A DNA stretch of 64,000 nucleotides from Octopus vulgaris (lineage: Eukaryota). Below, piece by piece: positions 25,650 to 38,167 of this stretch. Under the pieces are notes generated by a model. The model had not been told where the DNA came from. It ran no database searches and saw only the letters and a list, made by a program, of their open reading frames with translations. The DNA lies in NCBI GenBank assembly GCA_951406725.2, contig OX597817.1, positions 48,918,001 to 48,982,000 on the forward strand, given 5' to 3'. A program made the position numbers and the translations under genes. Every line of letters begins with the position of its first letter. Position 1 is the first letter of the stretch.

Positions 25650-26270
25650 CCTCGTTACAGAGAAGGACATCCCTTCAAGTTGGTGCTAAACGTAGTTGAT
25701 GAACTTGCTGATGTGGGCGGAGAACAAAAGCGGAGCGGCAGAGTTTTCCACAAGTCAGACAAGGGACGGATGAGCTGGGTGTTGGCGATCCAGTAGCAGC
25801 AACAGCACGCCTCGCTCGACGCTCATCGAACCATTGACGACGTCTTGTCTCGATGCTCTCACGGATGCCAGATGGTCCGCCATCTGTAGCAAGAGTTTCC
25901 ACATATGTAGGAGAAATGTTGAATTTCCGCTGGATTGCAACAACTTAATCTGTGTGTCTCTTCTTCAGTCCGCCAACTACTAAACCACATGGTTCCGGGT
26001 TTAGTCCTACTGCGTGGCACCTTGGGCAAGGGTCTTCCACTATAGCCTCGGGCAGACCAGAGCATTGTGAAAGAAGTCCGTCGTATCCCCGTTGAAGACA
26101 ATACTAGGGAGACGGAAGGGTGACATCCTGACGAGATGGCCAGTCTAGTGAAGTTGGTGCTTGTCAATAAGAAGTTCGATGCTGCAGGAGTTGCAGCGTA
26201 CCAAGATTGTTCAATGTGGAATCCTGTCTTCCCATGAGACGATCAGAAAGGTCTGGACGTTTCGTGCGCT
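25650..26270 (-). mobile_element. RTE/BovB-like LINE 3' fragment with C2H2 finger
   Basis: SWEDRIPH..SIELLIDKHQL..GHLVRM..RLPSIVFNG, then GGLKKR..; C-terminal CLTCGKLCRSAFVLRPHQQVH; interrupted at 25983-26086. Confidence 0.85.
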
Positions 26271-26404
26271 TTTAAACTAAATCTTTTAACGCTTCATTGA
26301 ACACACACACATACATACATACATACATACATACATACATGCATACATGCATACATACATACATGCATGCATGCATGCATGCATGCATACATATAGATAA
26401 GTAC

Positions 26405-26540
26405 AAGAGTGGCTGTGTGGAAAGAAATTGCTTCCCAACCACATGGTTCCGGGTTTAGTCCTACTGCGTGGCACCTTGGGCAAGGGTCTTCCACTATAGC
26501 CTCGGGCAGACCAGAGCATTGTGAAAGAAGTCCGTCGTAT
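26405..26540 (+). mobile_element. SINE family B, internally deleted head
   Basis: GAGTGGCTGTGTGG..GGCACCTTGGGCAAG; source of the identical 104-bp copy at 25983-26086. Confidence 0.85.
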
Positions 26541-27527
26541 ACATATATATATATATATATAATGTGTGTGTGTTACGGGGACATAAACACTTTTAAAACA
26601 AGAGATTAATATAAGATTTTGCAGTCATTTTCGTACGTTAGTCATTCAATTTGATCATCGGGTCATTCAAATTCGCGAAAAAAATTAACGTCATGAAGTT
26701 GGTCATTCAAATTCGTTTTTTGATCATTCAATTTCACGCTTCGGTCAAAGAATTTGGCATTTACATCATTTAAATTAAAATACCCGTCGAGCGCATTCAA
26801 ATTCGAGTTCGGAATAAGTTTATTCAATTTAGCACTAATTTTACATGTGTCTTTTAACTCACAAGTGGATGTTAAAAGTGACAAATTTAAATGACATGTT
26901 GTGTCATGCAAATTTTGTTATGTTGTAGTTATAAGAAGTAAATAAATTACGTGTCTCTTTTGTCCACGAAAGGTCATAGCAACAGTCGTAACCAGTCGGT
27001 ATCAGTTGCATTTTATATCCCTTTCTCTTACGACAAACTTGTAATCCCTGAGCCACGCGTACGGTACATGCGTATATCGGACGAAGATAGAGCAAGGCTG
27101 GTTGATGCCTTCGAGGGGAATCAAAAGGATTACCTGAAACTAACAGACACACCTGGCATTAAAAGGAGTAGTGTCCGATCCATAGTAGAGACCTACCTAC
27201 TGTCTGGGCGGCGCCACAAGTTGCCCAGAGGAGATGCCCACCACGTTAAGGTTGATGAGGAAATACGAGCCAGGCATCAGCTGATTAATGATGCCAACTC
27301 ACTGACAACACTCCAACAGATGAAGAAGGACTTAGAGGCAGCATTGTCCAGAAAGCCACCTGCTTCCGTGTCTGCAATCTCCCGCGCTCTAGATGGGATG
27401 TTGATAACTATGAAGTTGGCTGAAGACATTCCAGATGCAAGACATGCTCCAAGAACGCCGGAAAAGCGTTGAGTACGCGCAATGGTTCGTGGAAGAGGGA
27501 ATCGTTGGCCATTGCGTATTCATTGAT

Positions 27528-27760
27528 AAGGCGACGAGCTGGCAGAAACGTTAGCACGCCAGGCGAAATGCTTAGCGGTATTTCGTCTGCCGTTACGTTC
27601 TGAGTTCAAATTCCGCCGAGGTCGACTTTGCCTTTTATCCTTTCGGGGTCGATAAATTTAGTACCAGTTGCGCACTGGGTCGATGTAATCGACTTAATCT
27701 GTTTGCCTGTCCTTGTTTGTCCCCTCTGTGTTTAGCCCCTTGTGGGCAGTAAAGAAATAT
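27528..27760 (+). mobile_element. SINE A2 inserted in the transposase DDE motif
   Basis: 17-bp TSD attgcgtattcattgat at 27511-27527 and 27761-27777. Confidence 0.93.
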
Positions 27761-28417
27761 ATTGCGTATTCATTGATGAATGTGGGTGCAACATTTGGAC
27801 CAGGCTGTCTTTTGGACGAGCCCCTCGAAGAGTTCCTGTTGTCAACCGTCAGCGTGGGAAAAAACTGTCACGTCACTTTCGCGGTGTCGGGAGAAATCGG
27901 TCTGATTCACCACTCCATTGCGAACAATACCGTTACACGAAACGCTTTTGCGGAGTTCTTGGCGGAAACAATTCGAGCATGTGCCGACATGTTCCCGGCG
28001 GATGAATCTGTCTACTTGATCTACAACAACTCGTGGCCACACGTTCGTGCCGAGCTCCCAGCTGACGCCTCCCTACTCGGCGTTTCTTAATGTACAGAAA
28101 TGGTGCACTCTGCCTTTAAGGCGGCTGTCAAGCGGGACGTCGTTCGTGCTGAGCTGCAGCAAAGAGTTGGCGGCCAGGCAGCTGCCGAAGAAGCCGGAAT
28201 AACCATGGAAGAATGGCGAGTACATATCATACAACAGGTTGCAAGGTGTAACGTCGACGCTATCACTCCAGAAAATTGAGTTCGTTGGTATCTACACACA
28301 TAGACCTACCCCACCCCGGGGTTCCCCGACCACCAAGAAATAGACGGCTAAATCCTCTCAAACGAACTCTCCTTATCAAGACTGTAAATCAATAATTATC
28401 TTAGTGTATATAATACC

Positions 28418-28644
28418 TATTTCTTTACTACCCACAAGAGATAGAGGGGACAAACAAGGACAGACAAACGGATTAAGTAGATTACATCGACCCCAGTGCG
28501 TAACTGGTACTTAATTTATCGACCCCGAAAGGATGAAAGGTAAGGTCGACCTCGGCGGAATTTGAACTCAGAACGTAACGGCAGAGGAAATACGGCTACC
28601 CATTTCGCCCGGCGTGCTTACGATTCTGCCAGCTCGCCGCCTTG
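28418..28644 (-). mobile_element. SINE A2 monomer with TSD
   Basis: 16-bp TSD tagtgtatataatacc at 28402-28417 and 28645-28660. Confidence 0.93.
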
Positions 28645-29784
28645 TAGTGTATATAATACCCTTTCCCCGATGAAAGAAAAAATGCAAAATCAAAGATGTA
28701 TATACTTTTCCCAACCAAACATATTATACAAAGGAAGAACATATATCACAACATGATGTATTCATAATCAAAGAAAATGAGCATCTGTTGTAATGGTGAG
28801 TTATTTTTAAAAAAAGATTGGAAAGGCTGAAATGCAATTTCATGAAGTTTTTGACAATAAATACATGTATCTGTGCATAAATAAAAGAATACATCGTAAA
28901 GACATGGGCAGGATAAAGTGCTTTAAGCATAAACAATGGATGAAAACATGATTATGATAACAATGATTACAAGATAAAACTAAACCAGCTATCGTGCTAA
29001 TTTGATTGCTGAAAGTTTTAAATAGATTGCTCCGAAAGGAATTTAAATGCTCGAAAAGACGCTTCCTCGCATTCCGACTAATTTGAATGCTGTCGACTAA
29101 TTTGGATGATGTAAATTTGACTGAAGTGCGAAACTGAATGATCAAAAAACGAATTTGAATGATAAACTTCATGGCGCTAATTTTCTTTTTTTTTTAGCGA
29201 CTTTGAATGACAGGCTTATCAAATTGAATTAGAAACGTACGAAAATAACTGCTAAAACCTATATTTAGTTTCAAATACGTGAGTGTGTGTATGTGTGTGT
29301 GCAAAATTGATAATACACAAATTATTTACGATAATAATTTGCGGTTTCATTTTCATTGAAATAGTAGAGTATTCAGAGTGAAATCTTACCCTTCGCCTGC
29401 ATTTAAGTTTCTGAATGTCACTCACTCCAGTTCCGTAAGCTGTTTAGTTTAATTTAGCTTACATCTCCCAGCTAGACCGACGTGTAATATCGCACTTAAT
29501 ATTACAGAAGTACAATCAACGATGCCGGATGGAATAAAAATGTTCTTTGCTGAATTAAAACATTAAGGAGGAAAACTGTATGGTTTTCACACCGTACTTG
29601 GCTGGAAGAATTAAAAGGATGTGTATATGAACAACACCACTTATCAATTCAAAATGTGCTAGTTATAAAACAGTAATTTAATCTCTCTAATTGTCAGCAA
29701 TATTTATATCTTCTCATATAACGATAAGGTACTCTAAAGCGACAAAAGGACAATGTTCTAGTTATGACGACGTTAAAACATGTG

Positions 29785-30339
29785 GTGAACGGACAGAAAC
29801 GTTAGCACGCCGGGTAAAATGCTTAGTAGTATTTCGTCCGTCTTTCCGTTCTGAGTTCAAATTCCACCGAGGTTGACTCTGCCTTTCATCCTTTCGGGGT
29901 CGATTAAATAAGTACCACTTACGCACTGGAGTCGATGTAATCGACTTAATCCGTTTGTCTGTCCTTGTTTGTCCTCTGTGTGTAGCCCCTTGTGGGTAGT
30001 AAAGAAATAGGTATTTCGTCTGTCGTTCCGTTGTGAGTTCAAATTCCGCCCAGGTCGACTTTGCCTTTCATCCTTTCGGGGTCGATAAATTAAGTACCAG
30101 TTACGCACTGGGGCCGATGTAATCGACTTAATCCCTTTGTCTGTCCTTGTTTGTACCCTCTATATTTAGCTCCTTGTGCGCAATAAAGAAATAAGAAACG
30201 TTAGCACGCCGGGTAAAATGCTTAGTAGTATTTCGTCCGTCTTTCCGTTCTGAGTTCAAATTCCACCGAGGTTGACTATACCTTTAATCCTTTCGAAGCT
30301 GATAAAATGAATACCAGTTAAGTACTGGGGTCGGTGTTT

Positions 30340-30370
<31 letters not shown>

Positions 30371-30377
30371 TATTATA

Positions 30378-30409
<32 letters not shown>

Positions 30410-30760
30410 GAAGGCGGCGACCTGGCAGAATCGTTAGCGGTATTCCACCCGTCGCTCCATTCTGAGTTCAAATTCCGCTGAGGTCGACTTTGCCTTTCAT
30501 CCTTTCGGAGTCACTAAAACAAGTACCAGTTGAACACTGGGTCGATGTAATCGACTCATACCCACCTTTCCAAAGCTACCCTTGTGACAAAAACTTGAAG
30601 TAATTATTATGATTATTATTTCGGCGGTGAGCTGGCAGGAACGTTAGCACCCCAGATAAAGCGCGTAGCGGTATTTCGTCCGTGTTTACGTTCTAAATAC
30701 CAGTGAAACAAGCCCTCTCCCTCAAAACATTTCAGGCTTTGTGCCCATAGAACAAAGGAT
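29785..30760 (+). mobile_element. SINE A cluster: A2 dimer nested in an older A copy, plus two tandem A copies
   Basis: ~80-bp head sequence 29797-29878 repeated at 30194-30278; further heads at 30413 and 30623. Confidence 0.85.
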
Positions 30761-31033
30761 TTTATTTATTTATTTGTGTATGTATGTGTGTCTCTTCTAT
30801 TTTTTAATTATTATAAATCTTCCGCTGAAGAGGGAGCCGGTTTCCAACAAGATTCCATCTTTGGGATGTAGTTAACACTGACAAATCCACATTTGGAACT
30901 GGAGATGAGTCTTGCATATTTCTACTGTTCCAGTCACAGATTGCCCTTGTAATGTACAAATTAGCCGGTCGATTACTCTTTCTTGAAATATCAGTTTATC
31001 CAGACTCTCCTTTAAGCATTTACTAACAAAACC

Positions 31034-31035
<2 letters not shown>

Positions 31036-31064
<29 letters not shown>

Positions 31065-31210
31065 TGTATGTATCTATGTATGTATGTATGCATGTATGTA
31101 TGTATGTATGTATGTATGCATGCATGCATGCATGTATGTATGCATGCATGCATGCATGCATGCATGTATGTATGTATGCATGCATGCATGCATGTATGTA
31201 TGCATGCATG
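31036..31210. repeat. (ATGT/ATGC)n microsatellite
   Basis: Direct inspection. Confidence 0.95.
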
Positions 31211-31266
31211 TCATGATTCAGTTTTCTTGCCAATAGAGAAAGAGCAATTTCAAAATAAGGTGATTA

Positions 31267-31349
31267 AAATCAAAATAAGCAACAAGGATATCCAGAGGTA
31301 ATGCAGTACGATCGTTTCACGCAACTCCATTTGTTGCTTATTTTGATTT
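31267..31349 (-). mobile_element. Short fold-back carrying the 3' half of a hammerhead-like motif (Penelope-like terminus)
   Basis: 19-bp arms; the minus-strand spacer reads GAAA-CGATCG-TA-CTGCA (palindromic stem III); the CUGANGA half is absent. Confidence 0.5.
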
Positions 31350-31499
31350 ATATATATATATATATATATATATAGCTTTGTTAAGCAATAAGCAAACAAA
31401 CTAGTGGAGAAGAGACATTTATCAGAGGTTTATTACTTTAAGTATATCAGGGCTTAAATCGCCAGTTATTTCTGTTTAGTTCATTCAAATTTGTTTAAC

Positions 31500-32440
31500 A
31501 CTCACTGTCGACATTCTTCTCTTTTTCTTCTCCTACCAGAAGTCCCTTTCACTGCTGACCAACTTCCTAGCTAGCCCGCAGATATCCCTGCCGTAATGCT
31601 TCACTTCTATATAATACGCCAGCTTCATTTAATTCGTCTTTAGTCGAACGACACCTGTTGATAATGTCTTCTTATTTGTGTTTGTGTACCATTTCTCCGT
31701 TTTTTTCCGTCTTTGTTTTCGTATAGATTCGCTGCTTTCTTCCAAGGAATCTAGTGCTCTTAGTTTAATTTTTCCTTGGAGCTGACCAGATTGGAGCAAT
31801 CTCGAGTATAACTAGCCGAAATTGCAAAGATAATCTGTAACTCAACTGAGGAAAGAAAACTCCGAATGACCTGTCCTTTCTTTTTCCTTGTCTCTTTTTT
31901 ATGTATCAGCTGTCTGGATGTTTTTCTGTCCCTTTCTTGTATCATCTTACTGTCTGGATGTTTTGCGTTCTTGTCCCATTTTTTGTACTCCTTTTTATAT
32001 ATATACTAGTAGCTAAGCCCGGTTTCACCCGGTTTGTTTGCATGGTGTGGCTGTAAAGCCTGCTCTGTATAAGCATTCAATTTGTTTGGGCACGCTTACG
32101 TTAAAAAACAATTTTATAATGACTTTTTTCTGTCAAAACGCTAAAAATAACTGACCAACAAAAAAAATCCAAGATGCAACCAAATCAAAAATGAACCCAA
32201 ATGCTAAGAGAACAAAGATGCAAAACAACAAAAGCAAACATAAAATATAAAACAAAAATTAAAAGAATAAAAAATAGGTAAAAAAATCTTTTATATTTTC
32301 AAAATGTTTTAAATTTTCAAAATCTGGAACTCAACTGAGGAAAGAAAACTCTGATTGACCTGTCCTTGTTTTTTCTTGTCCCTTTTTTGTATCATCTAAC
32401 TGTCTGGATGTTTTGCGTTTTTGTCCCATTTTTTGTATTC
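31500..32440 (+). mobile_element. Penelope-like terminal repeat with a partial direct duplicate
   Basis: AACTCAACTGAGGAAAGAAAACTC...TTGTCCCATTTTTTGTA at 31839-31987 and again at 32328-32437; the first copy runs into (TA)n, the second into a (TC/CA/TA)n tract. Confidence 0.45.
32006..32320 (-). mobile_element. Helitron 3' end
   Basis: Minus strand CCGG-GTGAAA-CCGG hairpin followed by ..CTACTAG|T. Confidence 0.65.
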
Positions 32441-32461
32441 TCTCTCTCACACACACACACA

Positions 32462-32479
<18 letters not shown>

Positions 32480-32497
<18 letters not shown>

Positions 32498-32872
32498 TGA
32501 AGTTGTGTGAGTGTCTGTCTCCTACGATTTAGATTCCTAACTACTCCCACATTTTGCGGTGCAGTTTAACCAAAACCGGGTATCTTTTAGTCGTGATTTA
32601 TATCGAGCCCTTCTGGGTATTAGCGCGCGTCTACGATGAGTCTACGATTTTAAAAATAATTTACCATAATTTTTTTCTATTTTAAAGCATATTTTTTAAA
32701 TAAAGGGAAGTAACTGTCTAAAAATGTCTACGATGAATCAACGATTTAAAAAATTTACCATAATTTTTTTCCCAATTTTAATGCATTTTTTGCTGTTTTT
32801 TGGCTATAACTCTCTAAAAATGCTTTATAGTTATTTCCCTTACAAACCCGAGCAACGCCGGGCGATACTGCT

Positions 32873-32874
<2 letters not shown>
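32480..32874 (+). mobile_element. Non-autonomous Helitron
   Basis: 5' TATATATAAAAGTGAAG..GTCTGTCT; 3' CCCGAGCAACGCCGGGCGATACTGCT(G/A)G|T, the same end as the element at 45499. Confidence 0.8.
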
Positions 32875-32908
<34 letters not shown>

Positions 32909-32913
<5 letters not shown>

Positions 32914-34145
32914 GTTGCACAAAATAACGGAAACACATAGCATCATAATTTTGAAATATCTATGAAACCATGAAAAGCTTGTTTACTTCTATGTTTTTTA
33001 TTTATTATTAGTGTTGCTTAATATGTTTTGCTAAAATTGCTGTTTCTTTTCAGATATCATTAGAAAAAGATAATTAATATTCATTAAAATGTCAGATCTA
33101 TCGGACTTTCAAAGATGTCAAGTTGTTAGTGCTCGTATGGCAGGTGCTAGCGTGACGAAAGCAACCGAAATGTTTGGTGTATCAAGAAGTACTGTCTCGA
33201 AAGTAAGCCTTTGAGAAAGGGAAAAACCACCTCGTCGAAACAAAACTCCAGAAGAAAACCAACACTTTCAGATAGGGACCGTCGGACTCTTACGCGAATT
33301 GTTAGAAGGGATCGCAAAAGTACAGCTCCCAAAATTACTGCAGAACTTAATGACCACCTCAAGAACCCAGTTTCCACAAAAGCTGTTCAGCGGGATATGC
33401 ACAAAGCCAGATCTAACGGGAGGGCTGCAATCAGAAAACCACTACTTTCAAAAGCAAGCGTTGCAAAGCGTTTAGAGTGGAGTAAAAACCTACAGAATTG
33501 GTCCCTAGAGCAGTGGAAGAATGTTATTTTCTCGAACAGGTCATCCTTTACCTTATTTCCGACCACTGTCCGAGTATACGCGTGGAGACAGCCAAAAGAA
33601 GCCTTTGATCCAGACTACCTTCTTCCAACTGTTAAACATGGAGAAGGATCTGTGATGATCTGGGTGGGGGGCTATATCTTGGAAATCCGCCGGCTCATTG
33701 GTTTCCCTTCATGGCAAGACTATTTAAGCATTTTATCTGATCAAATTCATCATATGGTTGTGCAACTGCTTCCGGAGGGAAACGCAATCTTTCAAGATGA
33801 TAGTGCATCAATTCACAAAGCTAAAGTTGTTACTGAATGGCATGAGGAACATTTTAGTATAGTTGAACATCTTATCTGGCCTTCAAAGTCCAAAGATCTC
33901 AAAATTATTGAACATTTATAGATCATTTTAGAAAAACAAGTAAGGAGTCGACATACTCCACCATCATCACTACAAGAACTAGAGACTGACTGTTTTAGCT
34001 GAAGAATGGACAAAAATTCCTTTGGAAACAATTCAAACTTTGTACGAGACCATAGCTCATAGAATTCAAGCTGTGATTACTGCCAAAGGCAGTCCTAACC
34101 CATATTAATATAAATTTGTTTTAAATTTTAAGGTGCTTCTATTAT
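32909..34145 (+). mobile_element. Tc1-like (DD34E) transposon, pseudogenised
   Basis: TA|CAGAAGTTGCACAAAATAA TIR; ORF 33089-34108 MSDLSDFQR..GRAAIRKPLL..WKNVIFSNRSSF..FQDDSASIH..WPSKSKDLKIIEHL; frameshifts; 3' TIR truncated by (TA)n. Confidence 0.92.
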
Positions 34146-34150
34146 ATATA

Positions 34151-34186
<36 letters not shown>

Positions 34187-34212
34187 TGTATGTATGTATG
34201 CATGCATGCATG

Positions 34213-34707
34213 GTCGTGTCGTCGGCGACTAAACCGGCAACCCCACCAAGCTTGCTTGGTGAGGAGGGTGTTTATTGAACACCCTGTGGGATGAAAAACA
34301 AAACTCGTCAAAGGGCGGAGGAACTCTTGAGAATCAACGGCCATCCAATAAATGTCTTAGGGCTGTATCATGCGCGGGGACATAGAAATAATTGGACTGA
34401 ATACCCAATCGCGCGGTTAAACCATTGGGAGTGAAGGACTCTTAGCCTTTGTTAGGGCATCCTTCTAGGAGAAGGTAACTCAGGTAACTGGGATAACTCC
34501 GACATAAAACCTGCGGCTCAGTGGTTACCGATGATGTTGACTTGTTATTCTTTTTGGATTATGGCTGCTGTTGCTTAGTGAGAGGGATTGACTCAGTGCA
34601 CAGCCTTTCCTCACTTTAAAAAAATCTTCTTGCATAGACATTGCACGATAACAACATTGATTGAGCTTCGTGCAATGGCCATACTCGATAATGAGGGGGC
34701 AGCCACC
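34213..34707 (+). mobile_element. Probable LINE (RTE-like) 5' fragment inserted in microsatellite
   Basis: GC-richer block bounded by microsatellites; starts GGTCGTGTCGTCGGCGACTAAACCGGCAACCCC; the RTE-like assignment is only a recollected resemblance. Confidence 0.35.
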
Positions 34708-34755
<48 letters not shown>

Positions 34756-34834
34756 ATATGTATATGTGTATATATGTATTTATATATATATTTATATATG
34801 CTCATGTATATATATATATACATATATATATTTA

Positions 34835-34874
<40 letters not shown>

Positions 34875-34967
34875 CTCATGTATATATATATATTTATATA
34901 TGTACGTTTTATATATATATATATATATACACTCACACTTTTATATATACTTATACATATATATATG

Positions 34968-35000
<33 letters not shown>

Positions 35001-35057
35001 CATACATACGCACACACATTATATACATACATATATATATGTATACGTATGTTTTAT

Positions 35058-35102
<45 letters not shown>

Positions 35103-35155
35103 CATATACACACGCATCTAGATAAATACACGCGCGCGCGCGCATTCACACACAT
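34708..35155. repeat. Compound (TA)/(TG)/(CA) microsatellite
   Basis: Direct inspection; explains six spurious ORFs. Confidence 0.95.
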
Positions 35156-36322
35156 AGGCGTTCCCGATTCGTGTGTAATCACCGTAATTGAAAGCAATGT
35201 TTACGAATGTCCATAGAAATGTTGATGAATATGTATGTCAGCTGTATTAAATAAATATGGTAAGCAAAATTAATATGTCACATTATATATATCCAAGTCA
35301 TTTAATTAATGCTAATTATTACTTATTTGGTTTTTAAAATGCTAATTAATCCTCGGAAATTTCCCCGGTGCTGCTAAATGTAAATATTTTATGCGAAAAA
35401 AAAAATCGAGATAAATATATAAGGTCGGACCACTTACCTACTTCGTAACTTTCCGTTATGTTTTTATATGTATATATACATATGTATCAAGTAGATGTTT
35501 CTGTTTGCTTGTGGTGGTGTGTGGTTTTATCACAGAAATTTAGCATTTCATGCCAAATGTTGAAAAGTTTTAAAATTACTTGCTTATTTTGTAAAATCAA
35601 ACCAAACAGGCTGATGGTCTCTGATTCAAACTATTTTACATAATAAATATTGATAATAAACGGGTGAGATAGTGTTTTTAGTTTTTGAAATTAAAAAAAA
35701 GGATTTAAAATGTTTTTATGTTCAGAATAGTTTATAAATATGAATAATAATCAACGCAAACGTGTTATAAAAAGCAGAAATTTATCAACCTGTGAACTAA
35801 AAACTTAGTTTTCCAGTGACTATAAACTATTCGTTAGTGAATAAATCTGCTGTTTACATTCTCGGAATGTTATTGATGTTCGTTCATTCTCTAGATAAAT
35901 TTTTGTTTATATAGAGTAGTTTTGAAGAGAACCAGCCTCGATATGGCTGTGACCTGGTCAACTTCCATATTAGCTCTGCTCATACAGGTGTGTACCGGTG
36001 TGCGCGTGAGTGACTACCTGTGAGGAAGAGGGAGAGAGAAAGAGTGAGAATATGAGTTTTTCTTTTATATTAGCCGCCTGAAGCTATGCCTGCAACATTT
36101 TATTTTCCTTATCCTCGGGTTAAAAAGTCAAGAAGATCACCTGGAGTGTCTGTCAGCACTGACAAGTTATTCAGGTTATACGTGCTTTTTAAATATAGGT
36201 ATGCGTAAAAACATGCATATATATTTACAACACGTAACGAAAGTCTGGGACTGTTTTAAGTATAAACATCTTAGAACCATACGTCAAGGCAACAACCGCG
36301 CAAGCGAATATTATTATCATTG

Positions 36323-37130
36323 CTGGCAGAAACGTTAGCACGCCGGGCGAAATGCGTAGCCGTATTTCGTTACGTTCTGAGTTCAAATTCCGCCGAGGTC
36401 GACTTTGCCTTTCATCCTTTCGGGGGTCGATTAAATAAGTACCAGTTACGCACTGGGGTCGATATAACCGACTTAATCCGTTTGTCTGTCCTTGTTTGTC
36501 CTCTCTGTGTTTAGCCCCTTGTGGGTAGTAAAGAAATAGGTATTTCGTCTGTCTTTACATTCTGAGTTCAAATTCCGCCGAGGTCGACTTTGCCTTTCAT
36601 CCCTTTGGGGTCGATAAATTAAGTACCAGTTGCGTACTGAGTCGATCTAATCGACTGACCCCCTCCTCCAAAATTTCGAGCCTTGTGCCTGGAGTAGAGA
36701 AAAAAATTATTATATCGAAGACGGCGAGCTAGCAGAGTCATTAGCACTCTGGACGATATGCTTAGCCGTAATTCTCCCGTCGCTACGTTCTGAATGCAAA
36801 TTCGTCGAGGTCGACTTTGCCTTTCATCCTTTCGAGGTCGATAAAATATGTACCAGTGGAATCCTGGGGTCGATGTAATCGACTAGCCACTCTCCCAAAA
36901 ATGTCAAGCCTTCTGCCTATAATAGAATGGATTATTATTATTATTATTATTATTGTTATTATTATTATTATTATTGAGTGAGAGAGCAGTGCATGCCATC
37001 AAAGTGACACTGAGTTCAAATTCGGTCAAGGTCGACCTTTCATCGTGTTGGGAATTATAAAATAAATTCCAATTGAGCATTAGGGGGTCAATTTTATCAA
37101 TTATAACCCTCCCCACAAATTTCAGGACTT
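36323..37130 (+). mobile_element. SINE A cluster (A2+A dimer, A, partial A)
   Basis: AAAGAAATA|GGTATTTCG junction at ~36539; second head at ~36720. Confidence 0.85.
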
Positions 37131-37641
37131 AACATTTAGTATTCATATTTGGAAACACTACTATTCAAGGCAATGCGCGGGGGTACGCGAATATGTATGG
37201 ATATTTACTGCGAGATAGTAAACGACAAACCTGTAACTATGACTAGACTACAACCTACAACACCTTCCTTCTTTCTTCCTCCCCTTCTTCCTTCGTCTCC
37301 TTCTTCCCTTCTTCCCAAACAACTCCACCCACTTCTCACTCTTGAATCTTTGACTTCCTTTTCTTATGCCTGTTCTCATATTCATGTGTGTCGATCTGTA
37401 TCGGAGAAGAAAAAATGCAATCAAATCCGTGTTATGGGCGTGGAGGCTTATATTTTATTTTAAAAATCTTAAATGTTTTTGTGTGCGGAAAAATCAGACA
37501 CAAAAGCTCGCATTGTAGAGCGAAACAAGAAAATAAAACAGGTTGAAGCCAATATTTACTAGCAAAGATTTTAAGCGAGGCTCTGAAAAGAAAATTTGTT
37601 TCCATAAAAATGAATAATGTGAATATCAAGTTAAAATTGTA

Positions 37642-38167
37642 CAGTGATATCACGATAATTACAATTGGGCAGTGACATCACGATAATTACATTTGGGCAG
37701 TGATATCACGATAATTACAATTTGGGCAGTGATATCACGATGATTACAATTGGGCAGTGACATCACGATAATTACAATTGGGCAGTGATATCACGATAAT
37801 TACAATTGGGCAGTGACATCACGATAATTACAATTGGGCAGTGACATCACGATAATTACAATTGGGCAGTGACATCACGATAATTACAATTGGGCAGTGA
37901 CATCACGATAATTACAATTGGGCAGTGATATCACGATAATTACAATTGGGCAGTGATATCACGATAATTACAATTGGGCAGTGATCTCACGATAATTACA
38001 ATTGGGCAGTGATATCACGATGATTACATTTGGGAAGTGATATCACGATGATTACATTTGGGAAGTGATATCACGATGATTACAATTGGGAAGTGATATC
38101 ACGATGATTACAATTGGGAAGTGATATCACGATAATTACATTTGGGCAGTGATTTCACGATAATTAA
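37642..38167. repeat. 28-bp minisatellite, ~19 copies
   Basis: Unit CAGTGA(T/C)ATCACGATAATTACAATTGGG in direct tandem with no spacers. Confidence 0.97.

Larger units (their letters stand above)
26610..29264 (+). mobile_element. IS630/Tc1-type DNA transposon with ~200-bp imperfect TIRs, pseudogenised transposase
   Basis: 26610-26817 is inverted at ~29071-29264, with repeated TCATTCAAATT motifs; ORF pieces 27068-28350: HTH, CVFIDECG (first D), YLIYNNSWPH (second D degenerate); two SINE insertions. Confidence 0.85.

Noticed and set aside
34588-35216. Long ORFs rich in YI/CV/HT (also at 24036-24342, 30872-31301, 38509-38836, 61703-62316)
   Set aside because: Translations of microsatellites that lack stop codons
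35150-36300. Possible promoter or first exon in non-repetitive sequence (TGACCTGGTCA palindrome, minus-strand donor-like site at ~35435)
   Set aside because: Short motifs expected by chance; no supporting gene structure
37642-38167. CRISPR-like array (28-bp partly palindromic repeat)
   Set aside because: Units are directly adjacent with no unique spacers, there are no cas genes, and the context is eukaryotic
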